Shown: positions 1 to 11,675 of the stretch, piece by piece | Numbering within the stretch: position 1 is the stretch's first letter | Layout: each line of letters starts with the position of its first letter | NCBI GenBank assembly: GCA_025458245.1 | Contig: JALOSW010000006.1 | Span: forward strand, 2,115 to 66,114 | Source: Burkholderiales bacterium | Lineage (GTDB): Bacteria; Pseudomonadota; Gammaproteobacteria; Burkholderiales; SG8-39 | Reading direction: 5' to 3' | DNA length: 64,000 nt | Notes under the pieces: generated by a model | Database searches by the model: none | What the model was told of the DNA's origin: nothing | Seen by the model: only the letters and a program-made list of their open reading frames with translations | Made by a program: the position numbers and the translations under genes

Positions 1-310
1 CGACCCAGTCGTTGTCTCCTGGAAGCACGACCAGCGGGACGCGAAGCCGCTGCAGCAGCGCGAGCCGCTCCGCCATCAACGCGTCGGTGCACGGCGTCCA
101 GCTGGCCTTGAGGTCGCCGACATGCACGACGAACGCGAGGTTCGCCTCGTTCATCTGCTCGATCATCGACGCGACCACCAGCTCCTCGCCGGGCAGATAG
201 GGCGTGTCGCCGAACACGCCGAAGGCGAGGCGCGACGGCGCCTGCGCGAACGGGAGCCCGGGCGCCGCGGTCAGGATCGCGGCGGCCAGCGCGGCGGCGA
301 GGCGTCTCAC
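1..310 (-). CDS. Metallophosphoesterase (calcineurin-like), N-terminal part only; the 3' end lies outside the window
   Basis: Reverse translation from GTG 310..308 gives [24 protein letters not shown] (signal-peptide-like), then the motifs GDTPY, VHVGD and PGDNDW. It is absent from the ORF track because there is no stop inside the window. Its GTG overlaps the mutS stop (GTGA). Confidence 0.6.
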   Translation of the reverse strand, partial: MRRLAAALAAAILTAAPGLPFAQAPSRLAFGVFGDTPYLPGEELVVASMIEQMNEANLAFVVHVGDLKASWTPCTDALMAERLALLQRLRVPLVVLPGDNDWV

Positions 311-2853
311 AGCTTCTTGAGGCGGTAGATCAGCTCGAGCGCGTCACGCGGCGTGAGCGTGTCGGGGTCGACGTCGTCGATCAGGTCGAGGGCTGGATGC
401 CTCGGCGGCTCGGGGGCCGGCGGCGCGACGAAGAGATCGGGCTGCCCTTCGCGCGTAACGCTCGCCTGCTCCAGTTCAGCGAGACGCCGCTTCGCGGCGC
501 GCACCACGGCCTGCGGCACGCCCGCGAGCGCCGCCACCTGCAGGCCGTAGCTCTGGCTCGCCGGCCCTTCCTCGACGGCGTGCAGGAACACGATCGTGTC
601 CTTGTGCTCGACCGCGTCGAGGTGGACGTTCGCGACCTCGCGATACTCCTGCGCGAGCCGCGTGAGCTCGAAGTAGTGGGTCGCGAAGAGCGTGAACGAC
701 CGGTTGCGCTCGACGAGATGCCGCGCGATCGCCCACGCGAGCGCCAGGCCGTCGAACGTCGATGTGCCGCGCCCGACCTCGTCCATGAGCACGAGGCTCC
801 GCTCGGTGGCGTTGTGCAGGATGTTCGCGCTCTCGGTCATCTCGACCATGAACGTCGAGCGCCCCGCGGCGAGATCGTCGGCGGCGCCGATGCGGGTGAA
901 CACCTGGTCGAGCGGCCCGAAGCGCGCCCGGCGCGCGGGAACGAAACTGCCGACATGGGCGAGGATCGCGACGAGCGCGACCTGGCGCATGTAGGTCGAC
1001 TTGCCGCCCATGTTCGGTCCCGTGACCAGCAAGAGGCGCCGCGTCGGCGTGAGCCGGGCGTCGTTCGCGATGAACTCTTCCACCTGCGCTTCGACCACCG
1101 GGTGGCGACCGGCTTCGATCTCGATGCCGGGTTCGACGGTGAACTCGGGGCGGGTCCAACCCCGCTCGGCGGCGATCGCGGCGAACCCTGCGAGGACGTC
1201 GAGCTCCGCCACCGCGCGCGCAACCCGCTGCAGGGCGCCGACGTGCGTGCCGAGTTCCCCGACCAACGCCTCGTAGAGGGACTTCTCCAGCGCGAGCGCG
1301 CGCTCCTGCGCGGAGAGCGCCTTGTCCTCGAACGCCTTCAGCTCCGGCGTGATGTAGCGCTCGGCGCTCTTGAGCGTCTGGCGGCGGCGATAGTCGGCCG
1401 GCACCTTCTCGGCCTGCGCGTTGGTCACCTCGATGAAGTAGCCGTGGACGTTGTTGTAGCCGACCTTGAGGTTCGGAATGCCGGTCCGCTCGCGCTCGCG
1501 CGCCTCGAGCGCGACGAGGAACTCGCCGGCGTTGGTCGCGAGGGCGCGCAGCTCGTCGAGTTCGCGGCTGTAGCCGTCGGCGATCACGCCGCCGTCGCGG
1601 ACCATGGCGGCCGGTTCCGGAGCGATGGCCACGCGCAGCAGCGCGAGCGCATCCGCCGGCAGGCTCGCGCGCGAGCGCAGGTCGACGAGGAGCGGTGCCG
1701 TCGCGCTGGCGAGCGCCGCCCCGATCTCGGGCAGCGTCGCGAGGCTGTCGCGCAGGGCCGAGAGATCGCGGGGCCGAGCGCTGCGCAGCGCGATGCGCGC
1801 GGCGATGCGCTCGATGTCCGCGAGGCGGCGCAGCAGGGCGCGGAGTGCCGAGACGCTCGCGTGACCATCGCCCCCGGCGATCTCGTCGACGGCTTCGTGG
1901 CGCGCCGATAGCCCGGCGTGATCCCGGATCGGGTGGTGCAGCCAGAGCCGCAGCAGGCGGCTTCCCATCGAGGTCGCCGCATTGTCGGCCTGGCTGAAGA
2001 GCGTCGGCGCGGGCTGCCCGCGCAGAGTCTCGGTGAGTTCCAGGTTGCGGCGCGTCGCCGGATCCATGCGCACGAAGGCATCGCCGCGCTCCGCGACGAT
2101 CGACGTAACGTGAGCGAGGCTTTGTCCCTGGGTGCGCTGCGCGTAGCCGAGCAGGGCGCCGGCGGCGGCGATCGCGGGCCGCAGGTCCTCGAGCCCGAAG
2201 CCCGCGAGGTCGCGCGTGCCGAACTGCTTCGCGAGCGCCGCCTTCGCGGCATCGAGCTCGAAGTGCCATTCCGGCAGGCGCGTTACGGCCGCGAGGCTGT
2301 CGGGAAGTGCCAACTCGGCGCCGTGCGCGATCAGGATCTCCGCCGGGCGGATGCGCTGCAACTCCGCGGGCACCGCGGCCGCCGCGGTTTCGAGCACGCG
2401 GAACTCGCCGCTCGCGAGGCTCAGCCATGCGATTCCCGCCTCGCGCTGGTCCGCGAATACCGCCGCGAGGACGTTCTCGGACTTGTCGTCGAGCAGCGCC
2501 GCATCCGTGAGCGTTCCGGGGGTGACGATGCGCGTCACCGCGCGCTCGACCGGCCCCTTCGCCGTCGCGACGTCGCCGACCTGCTCGCAGATCGCGACCG
2601 ACTCGCCGAGCTTCACCAGCTTGGCGAGATACTGCTCGGCCGAGTGCCAGGGGACGCCGGCCATCTTGATCGGCGCACCCCCGGACGCGCCGCGCGCCGT
2701 CAGCGTGATGTCGAGGAGCCGCGCGGCCTTCTCGGCGTCTTCGTGGAAGAGCTCGTAGAAGTCGCCCATCCGGTAGAAGAGCAGCATGTCCGGATGCTGC
2801 GCCTTGAGGCGCAGATACTGCTGCATCATGGGCGTGTGCTGCGAGAGATCCAT
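307..2853 (-). CDS. mutS: DNA mismatch repair protein MutS
   Basis: 857-aa ORF with [25 protein letters not shown] (Walker A) and STFMVEM. The ORF-track start at 2880 is TTG. ATG 2853 ([13 protein letters not shown]) matches the family N-terminus better. Confidence 0.95.
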   Translation of the reverse strand: MDLSQHTPMMQQYLRLKAQHPDMLLFYRMGDFYELFHEDAEKAARLLDITLTARGASGGAPIKMAGVPWHSAEQYLAKLVKLGESVAICEQVGDVATAKGPVERAVTRIVTPGTLTDAALLDDKSENVLAAVFADQREAGIAWLSLASGEFRVLETAAAAVPAELQRIRPAEILIAHGAELALPDSLAAVTRLPEWHFELDAAKAALAKQFGTRDLAGFGLEDLRPAIAAAGALLGYAQRTQGQSLAHVTSIVAERGDAFVRMDPATRRNLELTETLRGQPAPTLFSQADNAATSMGSRLLRLWLHHPIRDHAGLSARHEAVDEIAGGDGHASVSALRALLRRLADIERIAARIALRSARPRDLSALRDSLATLPEIGAALASATAPLLVDLRSRASLPADALALLRVAIAPEPAAMVRDGGVIADGYSRELDELRALATNAGEFLVALEARERERTGIPNLKVGYNNVHGYFIEVTNAQAEKVPADYRRRQTLKSAERYITPELKAFEDKALSAQERALALEKSLYEALVGELGTHVGALQRVARAVAELDVLAGFAAIAAERGWTRPEFTVEPGIEIEAGRHPVVEAQVEEFIANDARLTPTRRLLLVTGPNMGGKSTYMRQVALVAILAHVGSFVPARRARFGPLDQVFTRIGAADDLAAGRSTFMVEMTESANILHNATERSLVLMDEVGRGTSTFDGLALAWAIARHLVERNRSFTLFATHYFELTRLAQEYREVANVHLDAVEHKDTIVFLHAVEEGPASQSYGLQVAALAGVPQAVVRAAKRRLAELEQASVTREGQPDLFVAPPAPEPPRHPALDLIDDVDPDTLTPRDALELIYRLKKL

Positions 2854-2999
2854 CGACGGCGGCGCTCGGAAAGGGCGCAAGTCTACCGGAGCGTCGCAGG
2901 CCCGGGCGCCCCTGGCCTGTCGACTGGAAGCGGTTTACATTGCTTCCCCCGGACGGCCGGCCGCCGTCGGCCGGTGATCGCCACCGAGGAGGAGGAGAG

Positions 3000-3776
3000 A
3001 TGAACGCCAAGCAGGATCTGCGCATTGCCCCGCTGAAGGAGGTGGTCTCGCCCGAAGAGTGGGCGGTGCGGGTCGACCTCGCCGCCTGCTATCGGCTCGT
3101 GGCCGAATTCGGCTGGTCCGATCTCGTCTTCACGCACATCACCGCGCGCGTGCCGGGAACGGACGACCAGTTCCTCATCAACCCCTACGGGATGCTGTTC
3201 GACGAGATCACCGCATCGAGCCTCGTGAAGATCGACATCGCGGGGAACAAGATCGAGGACTCGCCGTTTCCGGTGAACCCGGCGGGCTTCACGATCCACA
3301 GCGCCGTGCACTCGGCGCGCCACGACGCGCAGTGCGTGCTGCACACGCACAGCCTGAACGGCGTCGCGGTCTCGGCGCAGAAGGACGGCGTGCTGCCGAT
3401 CTCGCAGCAGTCGATTTTCGTGCTGTCGAGCCTCGGCTATCACGCCTACGAGGGCGTGGCGCTGCGCGACGACGAGAAGCCGCGCCTGGTGCAGGATCTC
3501 GGCGACAGGACCTACCTGATGCTGCGGAACCACGGCCTGCTCACCGTAGGCCCGAGCATCGCGGACGCGTTTCTCTTCATGTACGTGTTCGAGGCCGCCT
3601 GCACGATCCAGGTGCGTGCGCAGGCGGGTGGAAGCGAGCTGACTCGAATCGACCCGCGCATCATCGCCGGCGCGCAGCAGCAGGCGAAGACCGTCACCAA
3701 AGGGCTCGGCGGCGCGCTCGCATGGCCGGGCCTGCTGCGCAAGCTCGACCGGATCGATCCGTCTTACCGGACGTGA
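3000..3776 (+). CDS. Class II aldolase/adducin-family protein
   Basis: Shows the VLHTHS metal-binding motif and NHGLLTVG. ATG 3000 is preceded by GGAGGAGGAGAG. Confidence 0.85.
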   Translation: MNAKQDLRIAPLKEVVSPEEWAVRVDLAACYRLVAEFGWSDLVFTHITARVPGTDDQFLINPYGMLFDEITASSLVKIDIAGNKIEDSPFPVNPAGFTIHSAVHSARHDAQCVLHTHSLNGVAVSAQKDGVLPISQQSIFVLSSLGYHAYEGVALRDDEKPRLVQDLGDRTYLMLRNHGLLTVGPSIADAFLFMYVFEAACTIQVRAQAGGSELTRIDPRIIAGAQQQAKTVTKGLGGALAWPGLLRKLDRIDPSYRT

Positions 3777-3843
3777 ACGCGCTGCTCGCGCAAGCGGGTG
3801 GGGCCGGCGTGCAAGCGGACTCGAAGTCGGCCCGGCCCGGCGT

Positions 3844-4644
3844 CTAGCGCTTCGTTCGCTCGGACTGGATCACGGCGAGCAGTTGCGCGAACACCTTCGG
3901 CGCGCCCGCGACGACCTCGCCGCTGTCGAGATAGCGGTCCTCCCCATCGAAATCGGAGATGAGTCCGCCGGCTTCCGTGATGAGGAGCGCGCCGGCCGCC
4001 ATGTCCCACGCGGAGAGGCCGATTTCCCAGAAGCCGTCGAGACGTCCGGCGGCGACGTAGGCGAGATCGAGCGCCGCGGCGCCGGGGCGGCGGATGCCGA
4101 CGGTCTTCTGCGTGACCTGACGGAACATGCGCACATATTCTTCGAGCCGCCCGATGTCGCGGAACGGGAAACCCGTGCCGATGAGGGCCTCCTCGAGATG
4201 CGTGCGCCGCGACACGCGGATGCGCCGCTCGTTCAGGAACGCGCCGCGTCCTTTCGAAGCGGTGAAGAGCTCGTTGCGGTTCGGGTCGTAGACGACCGCC
4301 TGCGCGGGCACGCCCTTGTGCAGCAGTCCGATCGACACCGCGTACTGCGGAAACCCGTGGATGAAATTGGTCGTCCCGTCCAGCGGATCGATCACCCAGG
4401 TGTACTCGGACTCGCCGGATGCGCCGGACTCCTCTGCTAAGATCGCATGCTTCGGATACGCTGTCTTCAGCGCGGCGATGATGGCTTCTTCGGCCGCCTT
4501 GTCCACCTCCGTCACGAAGTCCTTCTGGCGCTTGGTCGTCACCGCGACGTTCTCGAGATCCCGGGAAGCGCGGGTGATGATCCCGCCGGCCTTGCGTGCG
4601 GCCTTCACGGCCGTGTGAAGCATCGGATGCAGAGTTTGGTACAT
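3844..4644 (-). CDS. suhB: Inositol monophosphatase family protein (SuhB)
   Basis: Shows [21 protein letters not shown] and [12 protein letters not shown]. It is divergent from trmJ, as in many proteobacteria. Confidence 0.9.
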   Translation of the reverse strand: MYQTLHPMLHTAVKAARKAGGIITRASRDLENVAVTTKRQKDFVTEVDKAAEEAIIAALKTAYPKHAILAEESGASGESEYTWVIDPLDGTTNFIHGFPQYAVSIGLLHKGVPAQAVVYDPNRNELFTASKGRGAFLNERRIRVSRRTHLEEALIGTGFPFRDIGRLEEYVRMFRQVTQKTVGIRRPGAAALDLAYVAAGRLDGFWEIGLSAWDMAAGALLITEAGGLISDFDGEDRYLDSGEVVAGAPKVFAQLLAVIQSERTKR

Positions 4645-4690
4645 CGGGGAGAGGTGAGGAGGGACTGCGTGGCGAAGGACGAATTCTAAT

Positions 4691-5410
4691 ATGGCGGACG
4701 AGGCGGCGCTCTCGCGCGTGCGCGTCGTGCTCGTCGGCGCGAATCATCCGGGCAACATCGGCGGCGCCGCGCGCGCGATGAAGACCATGGGGCTCACGCG
4801 CCTCGTGCTCGTCAACCCGAAGCGTTTCCCCGATCCGGAAGCCGACGCGCGCGCGAGCGGCGCGACCGACGTGCTCAGCGCCGCGGCGGTGCATGCAACG
4901 CTCGACGAGGCGCTCGCGGGCACGCGGCTCGCCATCGCGGTCACGGCGCGGCCGCGCGACCTCGCGCTGCCGATGCTCGACGCTGCGCAGGCGGGGGCGC
5001 TGTGCGCCACGGAGGCGGCGCAGGGCGATGTCGCGCTCGTGTTCGGCAACGAGACCTACGGCCTCGCGAACGACGAGATCATCCGTTGCAATCGCTATGC
5101 GCGCATCGACGCCAGTCCGGACTACTCGTCGCTCAACCTCGCCGCCGCGGTCCAGGTGCTCGCGCACGAGGTGCGCAAGGCGGTGGTCCCGGCGTCGCCG
5201 CGCGCGTACGAGCCCGTCGACGCCGCGAACCACGACGACGTGGAGATCCTGATCGCGCGGCTCGAACGCCTGCTCGTCGCGAAGGGGCACCTCGACCCCG
5301 CAGACCCGAAGCGCCTCTCGGAGCGGCTGCGCACGTTGCTGGGCCGCGCGCGGCTCTCGCGCACCGAAGTCGACCTGCTCCACGGCGTGATCGGTGCGCT
5401 CGAAAAGTGA
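4691..5410 (+). CDS. trmJ: SpoU-family tRNA (cytidine/uridine-2'-O)-methyltransferase TrmJ
   Basis: Shows [24 protein letters not shown] and VFGNETYGL, in the conserved position next to suhB. Confidence 0.85.
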   Translation: MADEAALSRVRVVLVGANHPGNIGGAARAMKTMGLTRLVLVNPKRFPDPEADARASGATDVLSAAAVHATLDEALAGTRLAIAVTARPRDLALPMLDAAQAGALCATEAAQGDVALVFGNETYGLANDEIIRCNRYARIDASPDYSSLNLAAAVQVLAHEVRKAVVPASPRAYEPVDAANHDDVEILIARLERLLVAKGHLDPADPKRLSERLRTLLGRARLSRTEVDLLHGVIGALEK

Positions 5411-5533
5411 GTCCGCGACCGGCCCGCGCGATCTGCGGCGGGCTCGTCCGGGAAAGTTGACTAATCCAGTCGGGTTTGCCACACTTGATTCGGGCTTCCG
5501 TCCGTAAAGGGCGGATCCGAAAGCGAAACAGCC

Positions 5534-6289
5534 ATGGTGAGCCGCATCCGCGAAGACGTTGCCTGCATCTTCGAGCGCGACCCCGCCGCGCACTCGAAGT
5601 GGGAGATCTACACCTCCTATCCGGGCTTCCACGCCCTGCTGGTGCACCGGCTTTCGCATGCGCTCTGGATGCGCGGCTTGCGCACGTTCGCGCGCTGGGT
5701 GTCGCACGTGGGGCGCTTCCTCACGGGGATAGAAATCCACCCGGGCGCGACCATCGGCCGGCGCGTCTTCATCGACCACGGCATGGGCGTCGTGATCGGC
5801 GAGACCGCGGAGATCGGCGACGACTGCACCCTGTATCACGGCGTCACCCTGGGCGGCACCACTTGGAACAAGGGCAAGCGTCACCCGACGCTGATGCCCG
5901 GCGTCGTCATCGGGGCCGGCGCGAAAATCCTGGGCCCGATCGTCATCGGCGAAGGGGCCAAGATCGGCTCGAACGCGGTGGTCGTGAAAGACGTGCCGGC
6001 CGGGGCGACTGCGGTCGGCATTCCCGCGAAGATCATCGAGAGCGCGCACGAGCAGGCGCGGGAGGAGCACGCCGCGAAGCTCGGGTTCTCCGCGTACGGT
6101 CTGTCGAGCAGCGACGACGATCCGGTCGCGCAGGCGATCCGCGGCCTGACCGATCACACGGCCGAGCTGGAGCAGAAGGTCGCGGAACTCTCGGCGGCGC
6201 TCGACGATCTGCGGCGCCGCGAGGACGACGCCCGCGTGGTTGCCGACCGGTCCGACCCGGGGCGGCTGCGGAAAGTCGTCGACAAGTGA
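5534..6289 (+). CDS. cysE: Serine O-acetyltransferase
   Basis: Shows ERDPAA, then hexapeptide repeats [44 protein letters not shown]. Confidence 0.9.
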   Translation: MVSRIREDVACIFERDPAAHSKWEIYTSYPGFHALLVHRLSHALWMRGLRTFARWVSHVGRFLTGIEIHPGATIGRRVFIDHGMGVVIGETAEIGDDCTLYHGVTLGGTTWNKGKRHPTLMPGVVIGAGAKILGPIVIGEGAKIGSNAVVVKDVPAGATAVGIPAKIIESAHEQAREEHAAKLGFSAYGLSSSDDDPVAQAIRGLTDHTAELEQKVAELSAALDDLRRREDDARVVADRSDPGRLRKVVDK

Positions 6290-6363
6290 GCGCGTACGAC
6301 GCGCAGCGCTACTGGTGCACGTTTCGATGCGCCATCGGCCGGGCGGCCGTGTGCATCGAAGAC

Positions 6364-6369
6364 TAGAAT
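6364..6369 (+). promoter_or_regulatory. Candidate -10 box (TAGAAT) ending 7 nt upstream of ATG 6377, suggesting a leaderless transcript
   Basis: Sequence is gacTAGAATcggtcccATG. There is no SD between the box and the ATG, and no convincing -35. Confidence 0.3.
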
Positions 6370-6376
6370 CGGTCCC

Positions 6377-6931
6377 ATGATTTCGCGCCTCGCCCGGCTC
6401 GTCGTCTCCGTCGCGCTCTCTTCGGCGGCAGGCGCAGCGCTCGCCCAGTACCCGGGTCCGGGCGTGCCGATGGTGCCGATGGCGCCGGGAACGCCGGCAC
6501 CGGCGCCGCAAGGCCTGCCCGGGGCGTTGAGCGAGGGCTTGGGCAAGCCCTCCGGGGAGAGCCAGGTCCTGATTGCGCCGGATGGGTCGTCGACGGTGCG
6601 CGGCGTCGCCGTGCCGGTCGAGGTGATGAATCGGCTCAACTCCCTCGTGTCCGGGCGCACGTTCGGCGCGTCGAGCCCGCTCGGCGGTCGCGTGGATGCG
6701 CGCATCAACGACCTGACCCCCGAGGCCTTCGCAAATCCCGGCGACAAGCTCGCGAATCCCACGCCGGGCATTCCGTCCACCGACCAGTCGACCTGGTATC
6801 CGAACGTCCAGGTCCCCGGCATGACGAGCCTCAACAGCGGCGCGGCGGTCGGCGGCAGCACGAACGTCCTCACCGTGCCCGCGGGCACGCCCGTGCCGGG
6901 GATTCCCGAGCCGAGCGCACTGCGCCGTTAG
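6377..6931 (+). CDS. Hypothetical secreted Pro/Gly-rich protein
   Basis: N-terminus [24 protein letters not shown] looks like a signal peptide. Third codon positions are GC-rich. I recognise no family. Confidence 0.5.
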   Translation: MISRLARLVVSVALSSAAGAALAQYPGPGVPMVPMAPGTPAPAPQGLPGALSEGLGKPSGESQVLIAPDGSSTVRGVAVPVEVMNRLNSLVSGRTFGASSPLGGRVDARINDLTPEAFANPGDKLANPTPGIPSTDQSTWYPNVQVPGMTSLNSGAAVGGSTNVLTVPAGTPVPGIPEPSALRR

Positions 6932-6968
6932 CCGGCCCGCGGCCCGGTTCCGCGCCGCGCGTTTCCGA

Positions 6969-9900
6969 TTACGCTGCTTTCCCGGCGAGCGCCTCGAGTG
7001 CCGCGCGGGCCGCACCGACGCGCGCGACGAGCGTCGGGCCGTGCGCCTCGATGCGCAGCTTCGTCGGTCCGGCGAGTTTCCACGTGCGGTGCTTCTGGAT
7101 CAGCTGGACAATGCGGGCGGGGTCGACCGACGGCTTCGCTTCGAACTGGATCTGGATGGTCTCGGCGGTGACGTCGAGCCGCGCCATGCCGAGCGGCTTG
7201 CCGAGGATGCGCAGCCGATGGCATTCGACGAGCGCGCGCGCCGGCTCGGGCAGCGTGCCGAAGCGATCCACGAGCTCCTCCTGCATCGCGAGAAGCTCGT
7301 CCTCGGTCTCGGTGTTGGCGAGGCGCTTGTAGAGCACCAGCCGCTCGTGCACGTCGGAGCAATAGTCCTCCGGCAGCAGCGCGGGCGTGTGCAGGTTCAC
7401 TTCCGTGGCGACGTCGAACGGCTGGGTGAGGTCGGGCTCCCGGCCCGACTTGAGCGACTTGACCGCGTGGTTGAGCATGTCCGCGTACATCGCGAAGCCC
7501 ACTTCCTGCATCTCGCCGGACTGGCTCTCGCCGAGCACCTCGCCGGCGCCGCGGATTTCGAGGTCGTGCATGGCGAGGTAGAAGCCCGAGCCGAGCTCTT
7601 CCATCATCTGGATCGCTTCGAGCCGCTTCTTCGCCGCCGGCGTGGTATGCCTGATGGTGCGAGCGGCCGACCCGGCCGCGCAGCTGGTGGAGCTGCGCGA
7701 GCCCGAACTTGTCGGCGCGGTTGATGATGATGGTGTTCGCGGTCGGGATGTCGAGCCCCGTCTCGATGATGGTCGAGCACACGAGCACGTTCGCGCGCTG
7801 CTGCACGAACTCGCGCATCACCCGCTCGAGCTCGCGTTCGGGCATCTGGCCGTGCGCCACGGAGAGACGCGCCTCGGGGAGCAGCGTCGCGAGCCGCTCG
7901 CGCATCGCCTCGATCGAATCGACGTCGTTGTGCAGGAAGTAGATCTGCCCGCCGCGCTTCAGCTCGCGCAGCGCCGCCTCGCGGATCACCGCCTGGGAGT
8001 AGGGCGAGACGAAGGTCTTGATCGCCAGCCGCTTCGCCGGCGCGGTCGCGATCACGGAGAGATCGCGCAGACCCTCGAGCGACATGGCGAGCGTGCGCGG
8101 GATCGGCGTCGCGGTGAGCGTGAGCACGTCGACCTCGGCGCGCAGGGCCTTGAGCGTCTCCTTTTGCCGCACGCCGAAGCGATGCTCCTCGTCGACGATC
8201 ACGAGGCCGAGGCGCGGGAACTTCACGTCCTTCGAGAGCAGCTTGTGCGTGCCGATGACGATGTCGACTCGCCCTTCGGCGATGGCCGCGAGGGTGGCGG
8301 CGCTTTCCTTCCCGGTGCGGAACCGCGACAGCTCGGCGACGCGCACCGGGAACCCGGCGAAGCGGTCCGAGAAAGTCTGGAAATGCTGCTCGGTGAGGAG
8401 CGTCGTCGGCGCAAGAACGGCGACCTGCTTGCCGTCGGCGACCGCGACGAACGCGGCGCGCAGCGCGACTTCGGTCTTGCCGAAGCCGACGTCGCCGCAG
8501 ACGAGCCGATCCATCGGCTTTCCCTGGCGCAGGTCTTCGACCACGGCGGCGATCGCGCCCGCCTGGTCGGGCGTCTCCTCGAAGCCGAACCCTTCCGCGA
8601 ACGCGTCGAGATCGTGCGGCACGACCTTGAACGCATGGCCCTTGCGGGCGGCCCGTTGCGCGTAGAGATGCAGGAGCTCCGCCGCCGTGTCGCGCACCTT
8701 CTGCGCCGCCCTGCGCTTCGCCTTGTCCCAGTCGCCCGAGCCGAGCTTGTGCAGCGGCGCTGCGTCGGCGGGCCCTCCGGTGTACCGGCTGATAACGTGC
8801 AGCTGCGCCACCGGGACGTAGAGCTTGTCGGCGTCGGCATACTCGAGCAGCAGAAACTCGGTCTCGCCCTCGCCGAGGTCGAGGTTCACGAGGCCACGAT
8901 AGAGCCCAACGCCGTGCTGCGTGTGGACGACCGGATCGCCGGGGCGCAGCTCCGAGAGATCGCGCAGCAGGCCCTCGACCGTGCCGCGCTTCGCCTGCTC
9001 GCGCCGCTCGCGCGCACGCGCGGTGCCGGCATAGAGCTCGGCCTCGGTGACGATCGCCCAGGCTTCGTCGGGGATGACGAACCCTGCGTCGAGCGGGGCG
9101 ACCGAAAGCATGAGGCGCGCGCTGCCCCGGGCGAACGCTGCGAAGTCCGGCGCCGGTTCGGGAGGCAGTCCGTACTCCGCGAGGTACTCGGCCATCGTCT
9201 CGCGGCGGCCGGGCGAATCCGCGGCGAGCAGAACGCGAATCTGCGAGCGATCGAGAAAGTCTTTCAGCTTGTGCACCGGATCGGCCGCGCGGCGCTCGAC
9301 CGCCACGTCCGGAAGGGGCACGGTGGCGCAGATGCCCTCCGGCTCGGCGCGGTCCGGCGCGGGCACGTCGAGGCGCTGGAACTCGCGCAGCGAGAGATAG
9401 AACTGCTCCGCCGGCAGGAAGAGCGCGGCCGGCGGCAGGACCGGGCGCGAGCGGTCGCCCGCGAGCATGCGATGGCGCGATTGCGCGTCGCGCCAGAACG
9501 CGTCGATCGCGCCCGGCACGTCGCGATGCAGCGCGACGATCGTGCCTTGGGGCAGGTAGTCGAAAAGCGTCGCAGTCGAATCGAAGAAAAGCGGCAGGTA
9601 ATACTCGATGCCGGCTGTCGGAACGCCGTTGGACACATCGCGGTACACCGGGCTCTTCGACGGATCACCCTCGAAGGTCTCGCGGAAGCGCGCCCGGAAC
9701 CGGTTGCGCGCGGCCTCGTCCATGGGGAACTCCCGCGCCGGCAGCAGCCGAATCTCGCCGACCTTGAACACGGTGCGCTGGGTGTCCGGATCGAACGTGC
9801 GGATGGATTCGATCTCCTCGTCGGCGAGGTCGATGCGGTAGGGCAGCGCGCTTCCCATCGGGAACAGATCGATCAGGCCGCCGCGAATGCAGTATTCGCC

Positions 9901-10365
9901 GGGCGCGACGACCTGCGTCGCATGGGTGTAGCCCGCGAGCGTCAGCTGTTCGCGCAGCCGGGCGAGGTCGAGCTTCTCCGCTTGCCGGACGAAGAACGTG
10001 TGCGCGGCCAGATACGACGCCGGCGGAAGGCGATAGAGCGCCGTGCTCGCGGGCACGACCAGCACGTCGACGTCGCCGCTCGTGACGCGATAGAGCGTCT
10101 CGAGACGCTCCGAGACGAGGTCCGCGTGCGGCGAGAAGCTGTCGTAGGGCAGCGTTTCCCAATCGGGAAGAAGCGCAACGCGCAGCGCCGGCGCGAACCA
10201 GCGGATCTCCTCGACGAGCCGCTGCGCGTCGGTCGCCGCGCCGCAGACGACGGCGATGGGGGTGCCCGCTGCCGCCCGGCGGGCGAGCGCGAGCGCATCG
10301 GCGGCGCCGTGAAGCGGCCCGAATCGCGCGCTGGCGGCCACGGGGGGGTGCGAGGTGTCGAGCAT
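6969..10365 (-). pseudogene. mfd: Transcription-repair coupling factor Mfd, with the reading frame broken at about 7644
   Basis: The N-terminal frame (ATG 10365) carries [18 protein letters not shown] and [16 protein letters not shown], then nonsense to 6928. The C-terminal frame ([35 protein letters not shown]... to stop 6969) is in a different phase. The span length is not a multiple of 3. Confidence 0.85.
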
Positions 10366-10488
10366 CGACGAGGAGGAAAGAAAAGCAGAGCCCGGTCGGA
10401 AGCGCGTCTTTCGACCGGGTGCACGCAAGAAATCCCGAGAAACTTCGCTATTATACCGCCCATGTATGTTCTAACCTTCTGATTTTCA

Positions 10489-11199
10489 ATGCCGACGCGC
10501 TTTTTCGGGCTGATCCCGGCAGCAGGGGCCGGAGCGCGCTTCGGGGGTCGGTTCCCGAAGCAGTACACCGAGGTTCACGGCCGCACGCTGCTCTGGTTTG
10601 CGGTCCGGGCGCTGCTCGCCGACGCGCGCATCGATACGGTGTTCGTCGTGCTCGCCCCCGGCGACGAGACGTTCCGGCGTCAGGACTGGAGCGCTTTCGG
10701 CGATCGGCTCGCGCCGCTTTACTGCGGCGGAGCGACGCGCGCCGAAAGCGTGCGCAGCGGTCTCATCTGCGCCTCGGATGCGATCGATCTGGACGACTGG
10801 GTGCTCGTGCACGACGCCGCGCGACCATGCCTCGGGGCGGCCGACCTCGCTCGGCTCATCGACACGCTCGCGCGCGATGCGGTCGGCGGCATCCTCGCTG
10901 CGCCGCTCGCCGACACCCTGAAGCGCGCCGACGCCGACGAGCGCGTGGCAGCGACCGAGCCGCGCGAGGGCCTGTGGCGCGCGCAGACTCCGCAGATGTT
11001 CCGGCTCGGCACCCTCCTGCGCGCGCTCGACGCCGCGCGCGACGTGACCGACGAATCCGCCGCGGTGGAAGCGATGGGGCTCAAGCCGAGGCTCGTGTCG
11101 GGCTCGGCCGCCAACATCAAGGTGACCTATCCGGAGGACGTGACTGTGGCCGCGGCGCTGCTCGCCTCTGCGGATGGGCCGACCGCGAGGCGAGCATGA
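10489..11199 (+). CDS. ispD: 2-C-methyl-D-erythritol 4-phosphate cytidylyltransferase
   Basis: Shows [11 protein letters not shown] and [11 protein letters not shown]. Confidence 0.9.
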   Translation: MPTRFFGLIPAAGAGARFGGRFPKQYTEVHGRTLLWFAVRALLADARIDTVFVVLAPGDETFRRQDWSAFGDRLAPLYCGGATRAESVRSGLICASDAIDLDDWVLVHDAARPCLGAADLARLIDTLARDAVGGILAAPLADTLKRADADERVAATEPREGLWRAQTPQMFRLGTLLRALDAARDVTDESAAVEAMGLKPRLVSGSAANIKVTYPEDVTVAAALLASADGPTARRA

Positions 11200-11675
11200 G
11201 GATCGGGCACGGGTTCGACGTGCACGCGCTCGTCTCCGGGCGCAAGCTCATCGTGGGTGGCGTCGACATTCCATTCGACCGCGGGCTCGAAGGTCACTCG
11301 GATGCCGACGTGCTGCTGCATGCGATCACCGACGCCATTCTCGGTGCCGCGGCGCTCGGCGACATCGGCCGGCATTTCCCGGACACCGATCCCGCCTTCA
11401 GGGGAGCCGACAGCCGCGCACTTCTGCGCGAGGCCGCGGCGCGCGTCCGGAACGCCGGGTTCTCGTTCGTGAACGTCGACGCGACCATCATCGCGCAGGC
11501 CCCGAAGATGGCGCCGCACATCTCCGCCATGGTCGCGAACATCGCGGCGGATCTCGGCTTGCCGGTGTCGCAGGTGAACGTGAAGGCGAAGACCACCGAA
11601 CGGCTCGGCTTCACGGGGCGCGGCGAGGGCATTGCCGCCGAGGCGGTGGCGCTGCTGGCGGTTTCCGGCCCGTGA
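11196..11675 (+). CDS. ispF: 2-C-methyl-D-erythritol 2,4-cyclodiphosphate synthase
   Basis: Shows [12 protein letters not shown] and [19 protein letters not shown]. Its start overlaps the ispD stop (ATGA). Confidence 0.9.
   Translation: MRIGHGFDVHALVSGRKLIVGGVDIPFDRGLEGHSDADVLLHAITDAILGAAALGDIGRHFPDTDPAFRGADSRALLREAAARVRNAGFSFVNVDATIIAQAPKMAPHISAMVANIAADLGLPVSQVNVKAKTTERLGFTGRGEGIAAEAVALLAVSGP

Noticed and set aside
2957-2974. A GC hairpin, CCGGCCG-ccgt-CGGCCGG, in the leader of the class II aldolase-like gene.
   Set aside because: It is short, has no U-tract and no alternative pairing that I could see. Such GC palindromes are common in this composition.
4645-4665. CCUCC-containing pyrimidine tracts (anti-SD-like) directly upstream of several minus-strand start codons: suhB 4644, mfd 10365, envZ 13538 and lplT 31923.
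   Set aside because: There are only four cases, and other minus-strand genes have normal SDs or nothing. I cannot distinguish this from chance or from slightly mis-placed starts without start-site or N-terminal data. I note the lplT case separately because it forms a specific hairpin.
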